A stretch of 64,000 nt of DNA, taken from Amphiscolops sp. MND2022. Taxonomy: Eukaryota. Shown piece by piece: positions 39,664-52,979 of the stretch. The notes under the pieces are model-generated. The model ran no database searches, was not told the DNA's origin, and worked only from the letters and a program-made list of their open reading frames with translations. The DNA lies in the NCBI GenBank assembly GCA_964187785.1, contig OZ076409.1, positions 32,118,001 to 32,182,000 of the forward strand, in the 5' to 3' direction. Every line of letters begins with the position of its first letter. Positions within the stretch are counted from its first letter, which is position 1. The position numbers and the translations under genes were made by a program.

Positions 39664-42240
39664 ATGAACCAAATCACCTTTACCCTATATTTAATATACA
39701 TAATACAAGTTGTTAAATATACATATATAATACATATAGTTCACTCTTTAGTTCACCCTTCAACTGTTCCTAAAGTTGACACAACCAATTCCGAAAATCA
39801 TATTTCAGACCAAGACCCTAACATTTTAAATTTGATGGTATCCCATTATGATTGTGCAAAACAAAACAACTTAAGACAATTCAGTTTGTTAAATGTCGGA
39901 CCATGTAAACAAGCACCCTCAGATATACAACACATAAAAACCCAAGCAACAGTTTATGTTAGAGCAAAGGCCAAAAGAATAAAAGCCTTCAAATGCGAAG
40001 CATATATAAAGACTGAAAAAGTCTGGTGTTCACAAACATTCACATCTAGTAGACGATATGATCGTTTACAATGGGGACAAAACACATTAGAACTTCCAAA
40101 AATATTGGACCCTATTGAATGCAAAAATATGATAAGATATTTAAACACGACTGATAGCGAAGAACTAAACAACTACAATATACAAAGCTCTTTCTCATTG
40201 TTCGACGATAGTAACTATCAAAACACAATAGAACGAATTCAAACACCATTTAGAGTAAAAAAGTTAAACACATGGCATATTGGAACCTTCGTATTCGACG
40301 AAAATTATCCCGACTGGATAGTTAATGTTACACAAAATACATACTCCAGATGTCGATCAGACCGAGAACATTTAATAACCCGACACAGTTGGAAACTTAG
40401 AATTGTTAACACCGCAATAGATTATGACGATAAAAACAATCAATTAATACATGACGGACACATATTACCATGCTACCATTCAGACGGATTTTGTAAACCA
40501 ACGACCAAAACTCCATATACATTAACATGGTTTGATGAAAAATTTTGCCTCATATTTCAACTTCAAGAATTCATTGGTAGAATGACACGAATCAAAGATA
40601 GATATTGGATAGAAACCGATACCTTCATTGAAACTTCAAACATCACGCAAAAACTTCAAACCGAAGGAATACAAGGAACAAGATATCCTAATGTGAAAAC
40701 ACCACAATCAAAAGTAAGCAATCCAAGCCTTTCTCGATTTGAAATATACCCAATTGCACAAACCTTCTGTGGAAAACCTGAACCATTATTTTCAACACAA
40801 TATGCTGACATCTTTGTTACATACTTAGATGGTTTCGATATGAACACAGGACTACCAAAACCACACTCAATAATTGACCAAACAATTAGTGGAAACATAA
40901 AATATGATGACTCAAATAAAAGGAATATATTCCCTGCATTGAATATATCTAACAATTTCGCCACTTTAGATTATGATGCCCACATTAATACAAAAATTGA
41001 TTTCACAATAAATCATGTATTTAAATCCATGACAGTACAAGAACTAAACACTCTTCATACAATATGTGAACTGGAAAGAACTCAATTGTTAACGATCTTA
41101 GCTATGTCAGTTAAAAATCCTCAAATAGCCGGTTTTCTTTTAACTGGAAATCGTAGTAACTTTCTCTACGTTGAAGGATCTACAGCATGGCTGTATGATT
41201 GCCCTCATTTTATATCACCACTATACAAGGCAGATGAATGCTTTGATAGACTTCCCATACACTACAGAGAAACGATAATGTATGTTGATCCTATAACAAG
41301 ACAAACTTTTAACTATGCAACACCAATTGAATGTGGAAATAACCCACAAAATATAATCGAATTAGACCCAGACTCTAACGACGGAGATTTTTATGTGTTA
41401 ACACCAGAACAACTCAAACGAGAAGCACCACAAATGTTTAAACCTACCCAAATTAAAACAGCGATCACTCCCAATACATTTACCGCCCAAGATGCTGGTA
41501 TATACTCAAATGCAGAATTAGATCAATTCTGGAATAGAGTATTATTTGCTAAACATTCAGACACAACTCTTCAATTACTTGGAAAATCATTAAGTTATGA
41601 TTTTATCTCAATGCATAATGATAAACACTAGTACTCAGGATATAATCCTTATAATCATTTAGGGATTGGAGTACATGACCACTTGTTAAACCTTTTACCA
41701 CTTTTTAACCCTGACTGGTTCAGTCAAGCATTCATTAAGTTCTTTGGATATCCATGTTATGTTTCAACACAATGTGGAATTTATTTTTCAACATTTCTTT
41801 TCATTAGAGAAGTTTTAACATTTTTACTCAAATTCTACAGAACAATTAGCATAAAATACAATCTCCAAAGCAACATATCCATTTTGAGTTCAATAGCCCA
41901 TGGGTTTTTTAATATAGTTACATCGGAAATGGTAACCGACTTAAACAATACAGGAAAACGAAAACGGATATATACTAAACACAAAATTACAACAAGTGAA
42001 AATGATAATATCCTATTGCCGGAAAAAGAATTAAATAACAAACGAAGATACTCTGATAATGACTCCCCTTATTTACCTCCTAAATATTCCAGTAAGAATT
42101 CAACATTTCAATCACCGCAAAAGACACACCCAACTAATGTGAACGATATTAATTCTCAGGACTATGACCCAATATTATCAAATGTAGTAGCTGTACCGGA
42201 AAGTCCTGCTAAAGTCTTTATAAAATTTAATCCCTCCTAG
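39664..42240 (+). pseudogene. env: env-like glycoprotein of class III (herpes gB/chuvirus G-like) type, ~858 aa with one in-frame TAG at 41629
   Basis: Hydrophobic signal-like N-terminus; HYDC..FSLLNVGPC; ICELERTQLLTILAMSVKNPQIAG..EGSTAWLYDC..CFDRLPI..YVDPITRQ..PIEC; many sequons. ORF 41683 continues the same frame and supplies the TM segment and tail. Confidence 0.85.
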
Positions 42241-42778
42241 CTAAAAAGCAATAACTAAATAAACAAATTAACCTCAGAAAAAGTTCAAAAAATTATCAAC
42301 AAAATTCTTCTCAGTATTAACTTTCATTCAAATCCAAATTCTCACTCGGACCGGTCTCTACTTTTCAACTCAACTAAAAATTCACCTGCCTATCACAACT
42401 CAGCTCTCAACCAGAAGACTTCAACTGGATTTTCAGTCCATCTAAAAGACCGAAATTACAGAAGTTTCTATTCCTGGAATAGATGCCACTGTGATTGTTG
42501 ATGTTTTCAACCCACTATTGACTCAGTTATTCCCATTTTGTAAGTACAATTTAAACTTCATTTTTAACAAACAATTTAATGGATAGAAACGATAAAACAA
42601 CATTTTTCCTTATTATTAGAAATAGTATAATCAAACGTTATAACCATCATTACTCTTAAAGAGACTTATGCCAATCATCCATCAAATGAAAAATGTTAAC
42701 TAGCTGAAACGCTAAAAAAATTTAAACATTTTTCCTCCATTTTAATTAATGATGCTACTTTAAAATTTTATTTTATTT

Positions 42779-42793
42779 AAAAACCGGGATGGA
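42779..42793 (+). promoter_or_regulatory. Polypurine-tract-like sequence
   Basis: AAAAACCGGGATGGA immediately precedes the 3' LTR. Confidence 0.7.
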
Positions 42794-43062
42794 TGTACTG
42801 ACCTACATTAAAAACCAATAGTATTTAGATGTTTATAGAATGTTCTAGAATGTACATTTATTTATTATTGAATGATTGTAAATCTCTACTCCCTCAGAGA
42901 GAGAAAACCAATAATCAGTATTCAGTTGACTTCCTTTTTGTTCTACTTCTAACACCTCGAACTAGTTGTAATAAAGTTAGCTAGCTAGCCTGTCTCTTAG
43001 CCGCTTTTAGTAGTTGTGAATAATACCACCAAAAGAAATAACCAACCATTAAAAGCAGCACA
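42794..43062 (+). repeat. 3' LTR
   Basis: 269-bp copy of 27876-28144, followed by TAAG. Confidence 0.97.
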
Positions 43063-43932
43063 TAAGCATGAGTCTTACTTTCAACGGGTTTTCGTCTGGT
43101 ATATACTCCTATTTGGGCTAGATTAGCAAGAAGATGATTGCTATCTTCGATTGGTGTCTATTTTCATTTCGTATTACAAAACATATACAACTGCTTGATC
43201 TTGACATTCATAATTTCATGGTAAATTCAAATTGAACCAAAGTTTGTCAAAGTCATAGAGTTCGTTGTATTTTGTATTCTTCGCTCAGTGTGGTTTTCTG
43301 TAAAAGGAATATTTGCTTCATTTCATACTTCGCATAATGCGACTTAGCATCATTTCATCGTAACTCAACCCAGCGGTATGAAATGAACTGACCAGTCATG
43401 GGCATTTGAATTTAGGTTATTATTTATGATGACTGTCGGCACCGTCGGTGGAATGCGAAATACGAAAATAATATTTCCCGCAATTTCATTTTAATTCTCT
43501 TCCACGGTCAAAAACTTGCTCAGAATTGGCTTCAATACTCCAAGTTGAAACAAGTTTCTATGTCCAGTTCTTTTGTGATATTGCATGTCTGAGGAAGTGT
43601 TCACCAAGAACTTTACTCCTCATTTTTGATGGTTGAAACGCTTTGAACCACATTTTTGAACGTTTCGCACCGTTCCTAGGTCCTAGAAAACTTTTTGAAT
43701 TTTTCGATTTTTTGCAGGTAGTGGGGACGGGGGGTTGCTCACTTTTGTTTGCAGTTTTTTTCGTTTTTCGATGTCAAGGATACGTTTTTTTGTTTTTGAT
43801 TGTCCCATGTTTTTTCCCGTTTTGTTGAAAATTTCAGAATTTTTCAAATTTTGCATGTAGAGTGTGGAGAGGGGTGCTCACTGTGCACTTATTATTGGGT
43901 TTATGTAGAAACTGTATGTATTGGTTGAGAAG

Positions 43933-44005
43933 GAGTTGCGGCATAATGGTTAGTATGCTCGGCCATCATTTCAACCGGCGAGGTTCGAGTCCCTGGAGAG
44001 ACTCA
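43933..44005 (+). mobile_element. tRNA-derived sequence (SINE head or tRNA pseudogene)
   Basis: A box (CGGCATAATGG), D-stem GCAT/ATGC and B box GGTTCGAGTCC; the anticodon and acceptor arms are irregular. Confidence 0.65.
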
Positions 44006-44419
44006 TAGTCCTTCCTATGAATGAAGTTTTCGTTTCACCACCCCCCGTTAGAAAGGCAAAAGTTTAATAAACACAAATTACTGATATTTTATTAGGAATC
44101 AGACGATTGAAACCCAAGCTGAAGATGAAATTATTTTTGTTCTGTTTATACTAGCAGCAACTAAATCTCCTCCTAATTGATTGTTTTTAATTCAATATCC
44201 TTGCGTTGCTTTTTTAAAAAATAGGTGCTTCGACTACAGTGTGACCTAACTAAGAGTTGGGGTTGAAACGAATTATCACGGAAAATGAAAGAACGAAAGC
44301 AAAACGACGAAGAGATCGAAAAAGGCTGCTAATTAGAGCGATATTGAAATAAATCCTGCATCAGTCACCAACTATGAAAATTTGACGAGTCTGTACTGAC
44401 GATGTCTGCAGCTGAATTA

Positions 44420-45406
44420 TTCTCATGTCAACTGCCAGAGTATGATACAAGCAAAATCGACAAGTGGTTATTACATTTCACGATCTTGGGAACAGTTGAA
44501 CAGACGGGTTCACCTGAACGTGACTGAGTTACACTAATAATGAAAAACTATGAGAACTACACTATGAACGAAACAAAATTTCGCTTTGACCGTTTGTTGC
44601 AGCATGAGAAACGTGGTGGTGGAGTAACGCTAAATTTTCTTCAAATATTGAATGCTAAACTACGCAACGACTTAAACCACACCAACCTCATAGATTTCGA
44701 TAGTATATGGATAGAGTGTAAATTTTGTAGTGATATACTGTTAAAGAAAAAAGCAAAAAACCAAGAGCAGCAACAATTCTTTGTAAAAAAAAATGTTTGG
44801 AATACATCCTGGAAGAATTATCAACAAATATTGACTTCGCTATAACTGAAAGCAAACAAAAAACTCTTATAGGTGATTACAATCTCACTCAACTCAATAA
44901 CAAAGAAAAGGAATTCCTGGTTACAATTAGTGTACCATACAGCCCCGACTCCGTCAATACGGAAATTCCTACAGGAGTTCGAGGAAGAAGCTAACATATG
45001 TCATATTCTGTAATTAAAGGCTTTACTGGATCAAAATTTTTGAAACCTTTTATTGATAGCACCTTGGAGGACTCTCAAGAAGAACATCTACACCAATTAC
45101 AAACGTCACTACTGACTGGTAATATCACTCTACATCGACCGCCGAAGGTCACGAATAAAAATTTTTTTGACAAGTCAAACAACAAAATTGAAAAGAATCT
45201 CAAACAGTGACTAAACCAGCTTTTGTTCAACACTTTGCTGAGGGAATGTGCACAAGTTTCGCGACGATAATTGAGAATGCTATACGCGAGTGCTTCTCAA
45301 AAAAGAACATTCTTCTCCGATATGGCAAATGCAACCTTAATAAATATTGAAATTGGGTGACCTAAAAAACAAGCAAATCGTAGGAAAAAAAATCAAACAA
45401 TGATTC
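44420..45406 (+). mobile_element. CR1/L2-like LINE remnant, apurinic endonuclease region
   Basis: KRGGGV, DSIWIEC and LIGDYN motifs in broken frames; interrupted by the Gypsy insertion. Confidence 0.7.
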
Positions 45407-45632
45407 TGTTAAAGGGTATAATTGCGAAGCAAGAAGAATTGGAGAGTTAAGAATGAATTTCGTACTAAACTCCATACAAAGGCAACAGCAAATAAATGAT
45501 CGTAATTTATCTGGCTCTAGCATTTTAGCAGGTGTTTGTAAATAGTAGTATTTCAGTTCATTGTTATTCTAACTGCTCTTTTCACATCTACTACACTCCC
45601 CGTTTTAATATAACACCTGGGGTTGTGCCGGG

Positions 45633-48600
45633 TTATTTGATTGGTTGCTTACCTTCTCGCTGTTTTGCTTTCGTCGCCTGTTTGTCCTCTTGTTCATTCT
45701 CTACTCGTAATACCGAGTCAGGCGCGCGCGTCAGCTTCCTCTCTCTTGGTACATCCTGCGGAGTTGTCTCATTCTCTGGAATGACATTAATTCTCGTGAT
45801 TGTATTTACCGTGAACCAATCGTTCCATAATTTTTCGGCTTTTACTACTGTTCCTTTCAATTCGGTAGGATGCCGGGATAAATAATTCGCAAAACTTAGT
45901 ACCCTGCCCGGCGCATGTAAAACCTCGAACTCGAATGGTAATAGCCTATCCACCCATCTAGTTAGGCGGCTTGAAAACGTTTTATTTCCTCTGTTCCGTC
46001 GTAGTACTGAAGCGAGCGCTTTATGATCTGAAATGACTTGAAATTTCACTCCGTAAACATGATTTCTAAAATGTTCTATCGACCATACAACAGCTAGCAG
46101 CTCTAGTTCATTTATCGAGTATTTAGCTTCGAAATTCGTTGAAAATCTTGACGCAAATGACACCGGTTTCCATTCTTGGTTATCTTGATGTCGTTGGAGC
46201 ACTGCTCCGAGCCCTTGTTTGCTTGCATCGCAAACAATTCTTAGTTTCTTGTTTCTTTTAAAATGTGTCAATTCCGTTATCGATTTCATTGCTTGGTTTA
46301 CTTTTAAAAAGGCTTCTACATGCTACTTTGTCCATTTCCATTCTGCTTCTTTCTTTAGGATCGATCTAAACGGTGCACAAATACTTGCTAGGTCGGGAAC
46401 GAATTTATTCAATTGGTTGACCGCCCCCAAGAGGATCTCAATTCCTTCAAGTTGTTCGGTCTTAGTCTTTCGCTAATTCCTTAGATTTTGCCATTTATCG
46501 GGGCTACGCCTTCACCTGATAATTTGTATCCCAACCATTCAATTTCTGTACACGCTATTCTACATTTATCGGCTTTCAATTGCAAGTTGGCTTTGTCTAA
46601 CACTTCTAATTTTTTGCATATGTACACTTTTTTCACCTTTTGTAACAATTAAAATATCATCTATATATACAAATATATACAAGTATTTATTTACAAGTGT
46701 TAAATCCATTACTTCCTGAATTTCGGTCGGCATTATTGTTAGTCCGTAATGCCCCGTTACAAATCTGTATGTATCAGTTGATTTTCCGCCTATTATTTGG
46801 AACTTACGGTGTTTTGCCGTACTTTCATCTAGCGGCATTTGTCCGTATGCATACTTCATATCTACAGACGAGTAGAAAACTTGACCCTCTTTTCCGTCAA
46901 TTTTTTCCGCAACCATATCCATCAGATTTTCTAGATTTGGCATCTGGTACTTATCTTTTGCAATCGAGTCATTCAGCGCTCTTGCATCTAAAGCTATTTT
47001 TACAGATCGATCTTTCTTTATCGTTATTACTACTGGTTGTATGAAAACATCATCTTTTATCGTGTCTACTTTTTCGATATGTCCTTGATCTAATAAAATT
47101 GTTATTTTGCTATCAACTTGGTCTTGTAATTGGATTGGAATTCTACGTCCTTTCTGCGGTGTAATTCGCGTGCCGTCTTTCATTTCAATTTTGATTTTAT
47201 AATTGTTTACTCTGCCGCGACGTTTAAATAGATTTGGGAACTCCTGAATTAATTGCTGCGCGTCCCGGCTTAGCTTTTTTCTGATTCGTCGCTTCCGCGG
47301 GAAAGGCTACTTACAGCGTTCTCACCTTTTGTGATTGGTGGTTCAATTCTGTATTTCAGCGCTGTCAGCCAATCACGTCCAATGATCGATTTAGCTCCTT
47401 TCTTTGCCACCAGCACCCTTGCTTTTGACATTCTTGTTATACCTACTTGGATGCTGATAAACATATATCCCAAAAACGGAAGTGGGCGTCGATTGAAGTC
47501 AACATATCTCTCGCCATCTATCATGTCTCTAACGACTACCCACCGTCTTCCAATTATTCTTCTCAATTCGCCTATCGCAAATATCGAGACAGGCAACCTC
47601 GTATCGATTATGGCTCTGAATTTATTGTCGCACATCAAGCCTTCTATCTCGAACGGTTTCACTCCCGTTACATCGACCTGTAGGACCATTTCGTCTTCAT
47701 CCAGTTCTTCTTCTGAATCTTCGGATATGTAATATACCCGGGAAAATCCTTTTCTGCGGTTTTGCATCCTCTGCTTCATTTGCCTTTTTCTCTCCGGATA
47801 CTTTTGATTGCAACACTTTTCCAAATGTCCTGTTATGTTGCAGAACTCGCATTTATGGTTTCTTGCTGGGCATTTCTTCATGTGGTCAGTTGTAAAATTG
47901 CCTGCCCCACACCGAAAGCATTCTCTGTTGTTCATCTTGTCCACAGCGCATACCGGTTCGGTCTTTATTGTTGGTTTTGAGCCTTCTGCCACCCCTATCC
48001 CCATAGACCTTTGTCTTTTTATGCCTTCTTCATATGATATGGCATATTGAAGGGCTTCTTGGGGGTCGTTAAATGGTTCCACACACAGCTTCTCCTGCAC
48101 TTTCTTATTGTTCATATTTAAAATGAAGACATCGTGCACTAGTGTTTGGGTGATTTCCCCCAATTCGCATTTGGAGGCCAAGCCGTTAAGCGCATGCCAA
48201 AACTGTTGTAGCGATTCGTTTGCTTGCTGCTTTCTGGATAGAAACTTGTGTCTATCTAACGTTCTGTTTCTTGCTATGTAGAAGCAATTCTCGCATCTTT
48301 TCAGCATTTCTCTGGTCTGTAATGTCCCTACTGACAGCTCTGGATATTTATCTTTGAAGAGTTTTCGTGCCAGTTCGCCAACTGACAGGAATAGCCAAGT
48401 TACGACTTTCTTCTCAGCCGCTTCTTCTGACATATCCCCTATTAGCGCCTTTACCCTGGGATGACCCTCATCCACAATTCCTGTCAGTTCATCTATCGAT
48501 ATCGAATGTTTGGCCATCACAGCCACAGTAATTAAATCTATCCATCGTTCCCATTCCATCGCAGGGGGTTTGTCTGCGTGCGGCCAGAACTGTGGTAATC
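45633..48600 (-). pseudogene. gag-pol of the minus-strand Gypsy: Gag with two zinc knuckles, PR, RT, RNase H
   Basis: CFRCGAGNFTTDHMKKC and CEFCNITGHLEKCC; IIDTRLP (mutated DTG); VYIDDILI; CDASKQGLGAVL, ELELLAVVW, SDHKAL; frameshifts. Confidence 0.92.
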
Positions 48601-48661
48601 CCGGAAGTAATGAAGGAATTGCATCTTTCTGCTAGGAAGTAGAGGTATTTGACGAATTTGA

Positions 48662-48675
48662 TGCTCGCAGCGCCA
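48662..48675 (-). promoter_or_regulatory. Primer-binding site, probably tRNA-Ser
   Basis: TGGCGCTGCGAGCA abuts the 5' LTR and is complementary to ..UGCUCGCAGCG-CCA, a typical tRNA-Ser 3' end. Confidence 0.8.
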
Positions 48676-48869
48676 TGTTAAAGTGTATAATCGCGAAGCA
48701 AGAAGAATTGGAGAGTTAAGAATGAATTTCGTACTAAACTCCATACAAAGGCAACAGCAAATGAATGATCGTAATTTATCTGGCTCTAGCATTTTAGCAG
48801 GTGTTTTTAAATAGTAGTATTTCAGTTCATTTTTATTCTAACTGCTCTTTTCACATCTACTACAGATTC

Positions 48870-50250
48870 ACCAATATAAAACTATCAAAAATCAAAAATA
48901 AACAAGGACCTTATGAATAGCAAAAAATTTCTTTGATAACCTAGAAAAAGAGCGACTAATAGTACTTCATCAACGAAGTCATCAATAAGAAATAAAACAT
49001 ACATAACGCGCCTAAAGAACACCTTCAACGACTACAAAACAGATCAACTGAGCTACTCAGTTGTCGATTATCCAAACTAGTAGATTATACTGGGGATTCA
49101 GAACTGTATGGAAATAGTCCCTGTTGAAAAATTGTGAACAACAAAAAATAGTTTTTACCTCTTTAGTTTGTTTAAATGTAAAAAGCATCTTAAAGATAAA
49201 TGCGACAAAACCATTAGGACCGTCCGAGATCCATGCCTGGACACTGAAAGATTGCTTAAATGACTTAGACGAGTCTTCATACTTTCTCATTACTTTCATT
49301 GAAGAAGGTAAATTTTAAATCACCTCAAACAAGCTTATGTAATACCATTTTACAAGATGGTTGACAGTGAAGACCCAAACAGTTATTTGATCGATATCTA
49401 TCACAGCGGAGCTCGCGAAAATCTTTGAGAAATTCCTAGGACAGCAAATGTCTAGTTATCTTGTGTCAAATACATTGTTAACACCATGACAATTTGGTTT
49501 TCCTAGAAACGTTTCAACCGGAGAGGTGTTACTATTTTCCACCGAAAACATCATGCAAAGTTTGAAGGATTATGAATACACTGCACCTGCATTTCTTGAT
49601 ATTTCCGAAGCATTTGATCCAATCGGGCCTGATATTTTGCTTGAGAAACTTCCGACGATGGAATTTGATGACAAAGCTATGAAGATGATGTAACGTTATC
49701 TATCTAATCGGCAACAAAACGTGACATTACCGAGCGGCTGCTCTGAATGGATTCAGTTATACCAGGGTGTTGCACGGGGAACTGTTTTACGACTTCTTCT
49801 TTTCAACGTATGGACGTGCAACAAATGGTAACTACCAAATCACAACTGGTGCAATATGCAGATGACACCATGATTATCATTTGTCATCGGAATATTGAAC
49901 AAGTTATTGCTAGGTTTGAACTAAAGATACAAAAACTCATACTTCTTTTCGAGTGTCATCGTCTAATTATCAATGTTGACAAAACAGGTTCATCTTTTTT
50001 TCGCAAACATTGAAAGAACAATGAAACTGGAAACTGTCAATAACTGTCAATAACATCATTTATTTCTGGAAATTTGAAAATAATCAGGAAACTGCCTTTT
50101 CAGGAGATTCAAAATCTTATTCTGCAATAGTACGAACCGATTTTATTCGCAAGTGTTTATTTTTTCAAAAGAGCCTTTGCACTGTGGAATACCCTGCTAA
50201 AAGCTTTTACAATAAAAAAAGTACGCTTATGTCATGGCTAGGCAATAAAC
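48870..50250 (+). mobile_element. CR1/L2-like LINE remnant, RT region
   Basis: KPLGPSEI, ISITAELAKIFEK, QFGF, AFLDISEAFD, QGVARGTVL and LVQYADDT, with many stops. Confidence 0.85.
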
Positions 50251-52369
50251 CAAACAGTATTTCCTGGTAAGGTTTCTGAGATATTCAGACCTGAATTCGA
50301 AAACAAATATTTTGGAGCACCTACAAGTTAAAGCGATTAATATTGCTAATTTTTATAATAATCTCATACAATACATACACTACTCTTTCTCTAGTATGAA
50401 TAGAAAATTTACATCTTTATTATTATAACTACAAAAAGGAATACAGAGTTTTATATGGTAGAATGCAAGACAGTCTTGTTACCGCGGATAAATTTTGGAA
50501 TGACAAAACGAAATACTTTTTCCTGTTTTCAAAATTTCTCAATAAGGGATAGTTTTTCGCATGTTTCTTTCAGCTGAATTTTATAATGATTTTACTTTCG
50601 GAGCCCAGACATTTATTATCCCTGTCAATTTTTTCTTCACATAATAATTGCAATTTGTAACAATGGGAATAACTGTTAAATTCAAAATATCGATACTTTT
50701 GAATAGTTCAAAAATGTACTTAAAAGGACGTTTGTCTTGACCACGGAGAATTTTTCAGCCAAATGAGAGATAATTATACTTCCTTTAGAATCCATAAAAA
50801 TGAATTTCAAGATGTTGACTAAATCTACATGCACTTATCGACGTCAATCAACAGCGTAATCTGACAAGGATCTTGATATTTATCTTGTCAACTTTTTATG
50901 AACAAGCCTCTTCGATCATTAATAAGTCTCCAACGCCTTCCCCTGCCTTGGTTCCAACGATCTTCATCACCGCATAAAAAACATGTTTATAGGGTATTAT
51001 CAGTGGCCATTCATATACAACAAGCTCCTGACCTCATCTAAGATTGCCTAATTGACATCTTTTGAAAAATTGAGTCTTTTCCATCGACCTCCGAAAATAA
51101 ATTTGAATCATGAAATTTTGAATATGATACTATTCAACTTTTTAGTCAAAAATCAGTGTTGCTCGGGATTCCGTCTGTAAGAACTCTTTTTTTTTCATGT
51201 AGCTTTAGTTTTGCTGAGACTAGACTTTCGATGGTGAAATGCTCCAGATTGCTTCTAGTAAAAAAAGTATTGAACTATTTCAATGGCCTCAAAATGTCAA
51301 GGAAGCATTTTAAAGTATCTCTGCATTATAACATGGCCCAGTTATAGGGAACATACGTTAATGGTAAACTCACCAATTTTGTATGATTCCTTTGCATTTA
51401 GTCTATTAGCATCTTCCTAGTGATTCCGGAGAACGTAGCTGGACTCTGGCCTTCGAGGCGCCTTCCAGAGATAAGTGCATATCATCTATCTGATCACATG
51501 GTTGTCACGTGCAATGATAAAGTTCGCATGGTGGCAATTGTAAATCAATAAAGGCAATTAAATCAAGTTTAAACTGTGAATCTTATCTTGGATGGTTCCA
51601 GGTAGTCTTTTATCGGCCCGAGGACTGAATAATTTAACATGAATTAGCACTTCCTTCACAAAAGTGCGTGAAAACATAAATGCGATGTTTCTTCATAGCT
51701 TGTTTTCTAATTCCTATTGAACCTGTTGCAAAAAACAAACGGAGAGAAAGGCGTAACCTCTTGAATGTAATGTTCTCAGTTCTAGGCGTCGGTTCGACGC
51801 AAATTTTTTCTAACTTTCCAGTCATGGCTTGAGACAACTGATTTACCCACAGGCCGCTGAGTGTAATGGTCTTAATTGCCGTCATGGCATTGGTTCCAGT
51901 GATTGAGAAAGTTCTTTTGACCTTTAAGATCAATTTCCCAAATTTTGTAGATAAATGTGCGAGAAATTTTAGGTTAGAACCCAACAGAACCGGTGAAAAG
52001 TAATTCAATTTCAAGAAACAAGCCTTGGTGCCAACAAAAATGAAATTTCCATAACAAATATATCGAGCTTCCGGTACACAAACAGTACCAGTTTAGTGAT
52101 TGGATCTTTAGAATCCCCTGAAAAGAAGTACTTTCTGTATGTGAGAAACTTATGTTTCAATCACTTTACAAAAAAATACGAGACTCGTCAAAGCATTTCT
52201 TACCATTAGGAGTCCAGAACATTTATCACACTAGATTGCGTGACCAATTAGGAACACAGAGGCGAAGCGGTGCTTCGCAACACATGACGAAGACATTATT
52301 TTAATACGCGTATATAAATTATTTTAATCGCATGCGTATATATTCAACAGTTCAACTTTGTTCAATAAC

Positions 52370-52440
52370 GTCCCTATGGCACAGTGGTCAACACTTACGC
52401 CGTGCAATCGGGAGGCTGCAGGTTCGAATCTCTCAGGGGT
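52370..52440 (+). mobile_element. tRNA-derived SINE head
   Basis: A box TGGCACAGTGG and B box GGTTCGAATC at tRNA-like spacing; no proper cloverleaf. Confidence 0.65.
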
Positions 52441-52538
52441 TTTGGCTTTTGTCTAAAAGGCGCTCATTATGAAGTTGACTATTGTGGAAAAAAAACTTTC
52501 TTAGCTAGACTGCAATGCACATTGACTTCGTCATGTGC

Positions 52539-52975
52539 AACAAGCCGGGAATGGCCCAAATCGGTGCCCCGCTCAATCTTCAAAAAACCAAGTTTCATAA
52601 ACATACAAACTATTGTTGAACATTTATCAACTTCGCAATGCCGTAAAATACCCGAAGCGATACGCATAAAATTCGGAAATCACTTTTCCACCAACTGGCA
52701 ACGGAAAAATCATTTAAAAAATAACTTTATAAAAAATTTTTGTCGGGAAAAAGTTTCAATGAGCCGGAACTTTAGGCCCGCGAAACGGTTTTTTTTCAAG
52801 CGGAAAAGATTGATGGAAGTTAAGAGGTACACTTTGATCAAAATAATTGTACGAAGAAAAGTCGCACAGTGGCGAATTGATGAGAAAAACCCCAACCGTT
52901 CCACAGAACCAAAACAAATCGATGAGGCCACCCTTTGGACTCCGAAAAGAGTTTTTCTCTCAAATACCCTTAAAA
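52539..52975 (-). mobile_element. Truncated Helentron/Helitron2-type non-autonomous element
   Basis: The end AACAAGCCGGGAATGGCCCAAATCGGTGCC parallels AACAAGACGAGAACGTCTAAAGTCGGCGCT at 53285, and both share internal AAAAGTCGCACAGTG. The other terminus was not found. Confidence 0.4.
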
Positions 52976-52979
52976 CCCG

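Larger units (their letters stand above)
27876..43062 (+). mobile_element. Full-length 15,187-bp Ty3/Gypsy LTR retrotransposon with a gB-like env (endogenous retrovirus-like), disabled copy
   Basis: Paired 269-bp TG..CA LTRs; TAAG target duplication (27872-27875 and 43063-43066); PBS and PPT; domain order CA-NC-PR-RT-RH-IN, then env. Confidence 0.97.
45407..48864 (-). mobile_element. Internally deleted Ty3/Gypsy element (3,458 bp), no integrase
   Basis: 189-bp TG..CA LTRs at 45407-45595 and 48676-48864 (5 mismatches by eye); GATTC target duplication (45402-45406 and 48865-48869); PPT AAAACGGGGAG at 45596-45606 on the minus strand. Confidence 0.96.

Noticed and set aside
43933..44005. Functional tRNA gene (also 52370-52440)
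   Set aside because: A and B boxes are present, but the anticodon and acceptor stems do not form a canonical cloverleaf.
51634..52014. 126-aa ORF as a gene or TE protein
   Set aside because: It has a non-ATG start and no motif that I can assign.
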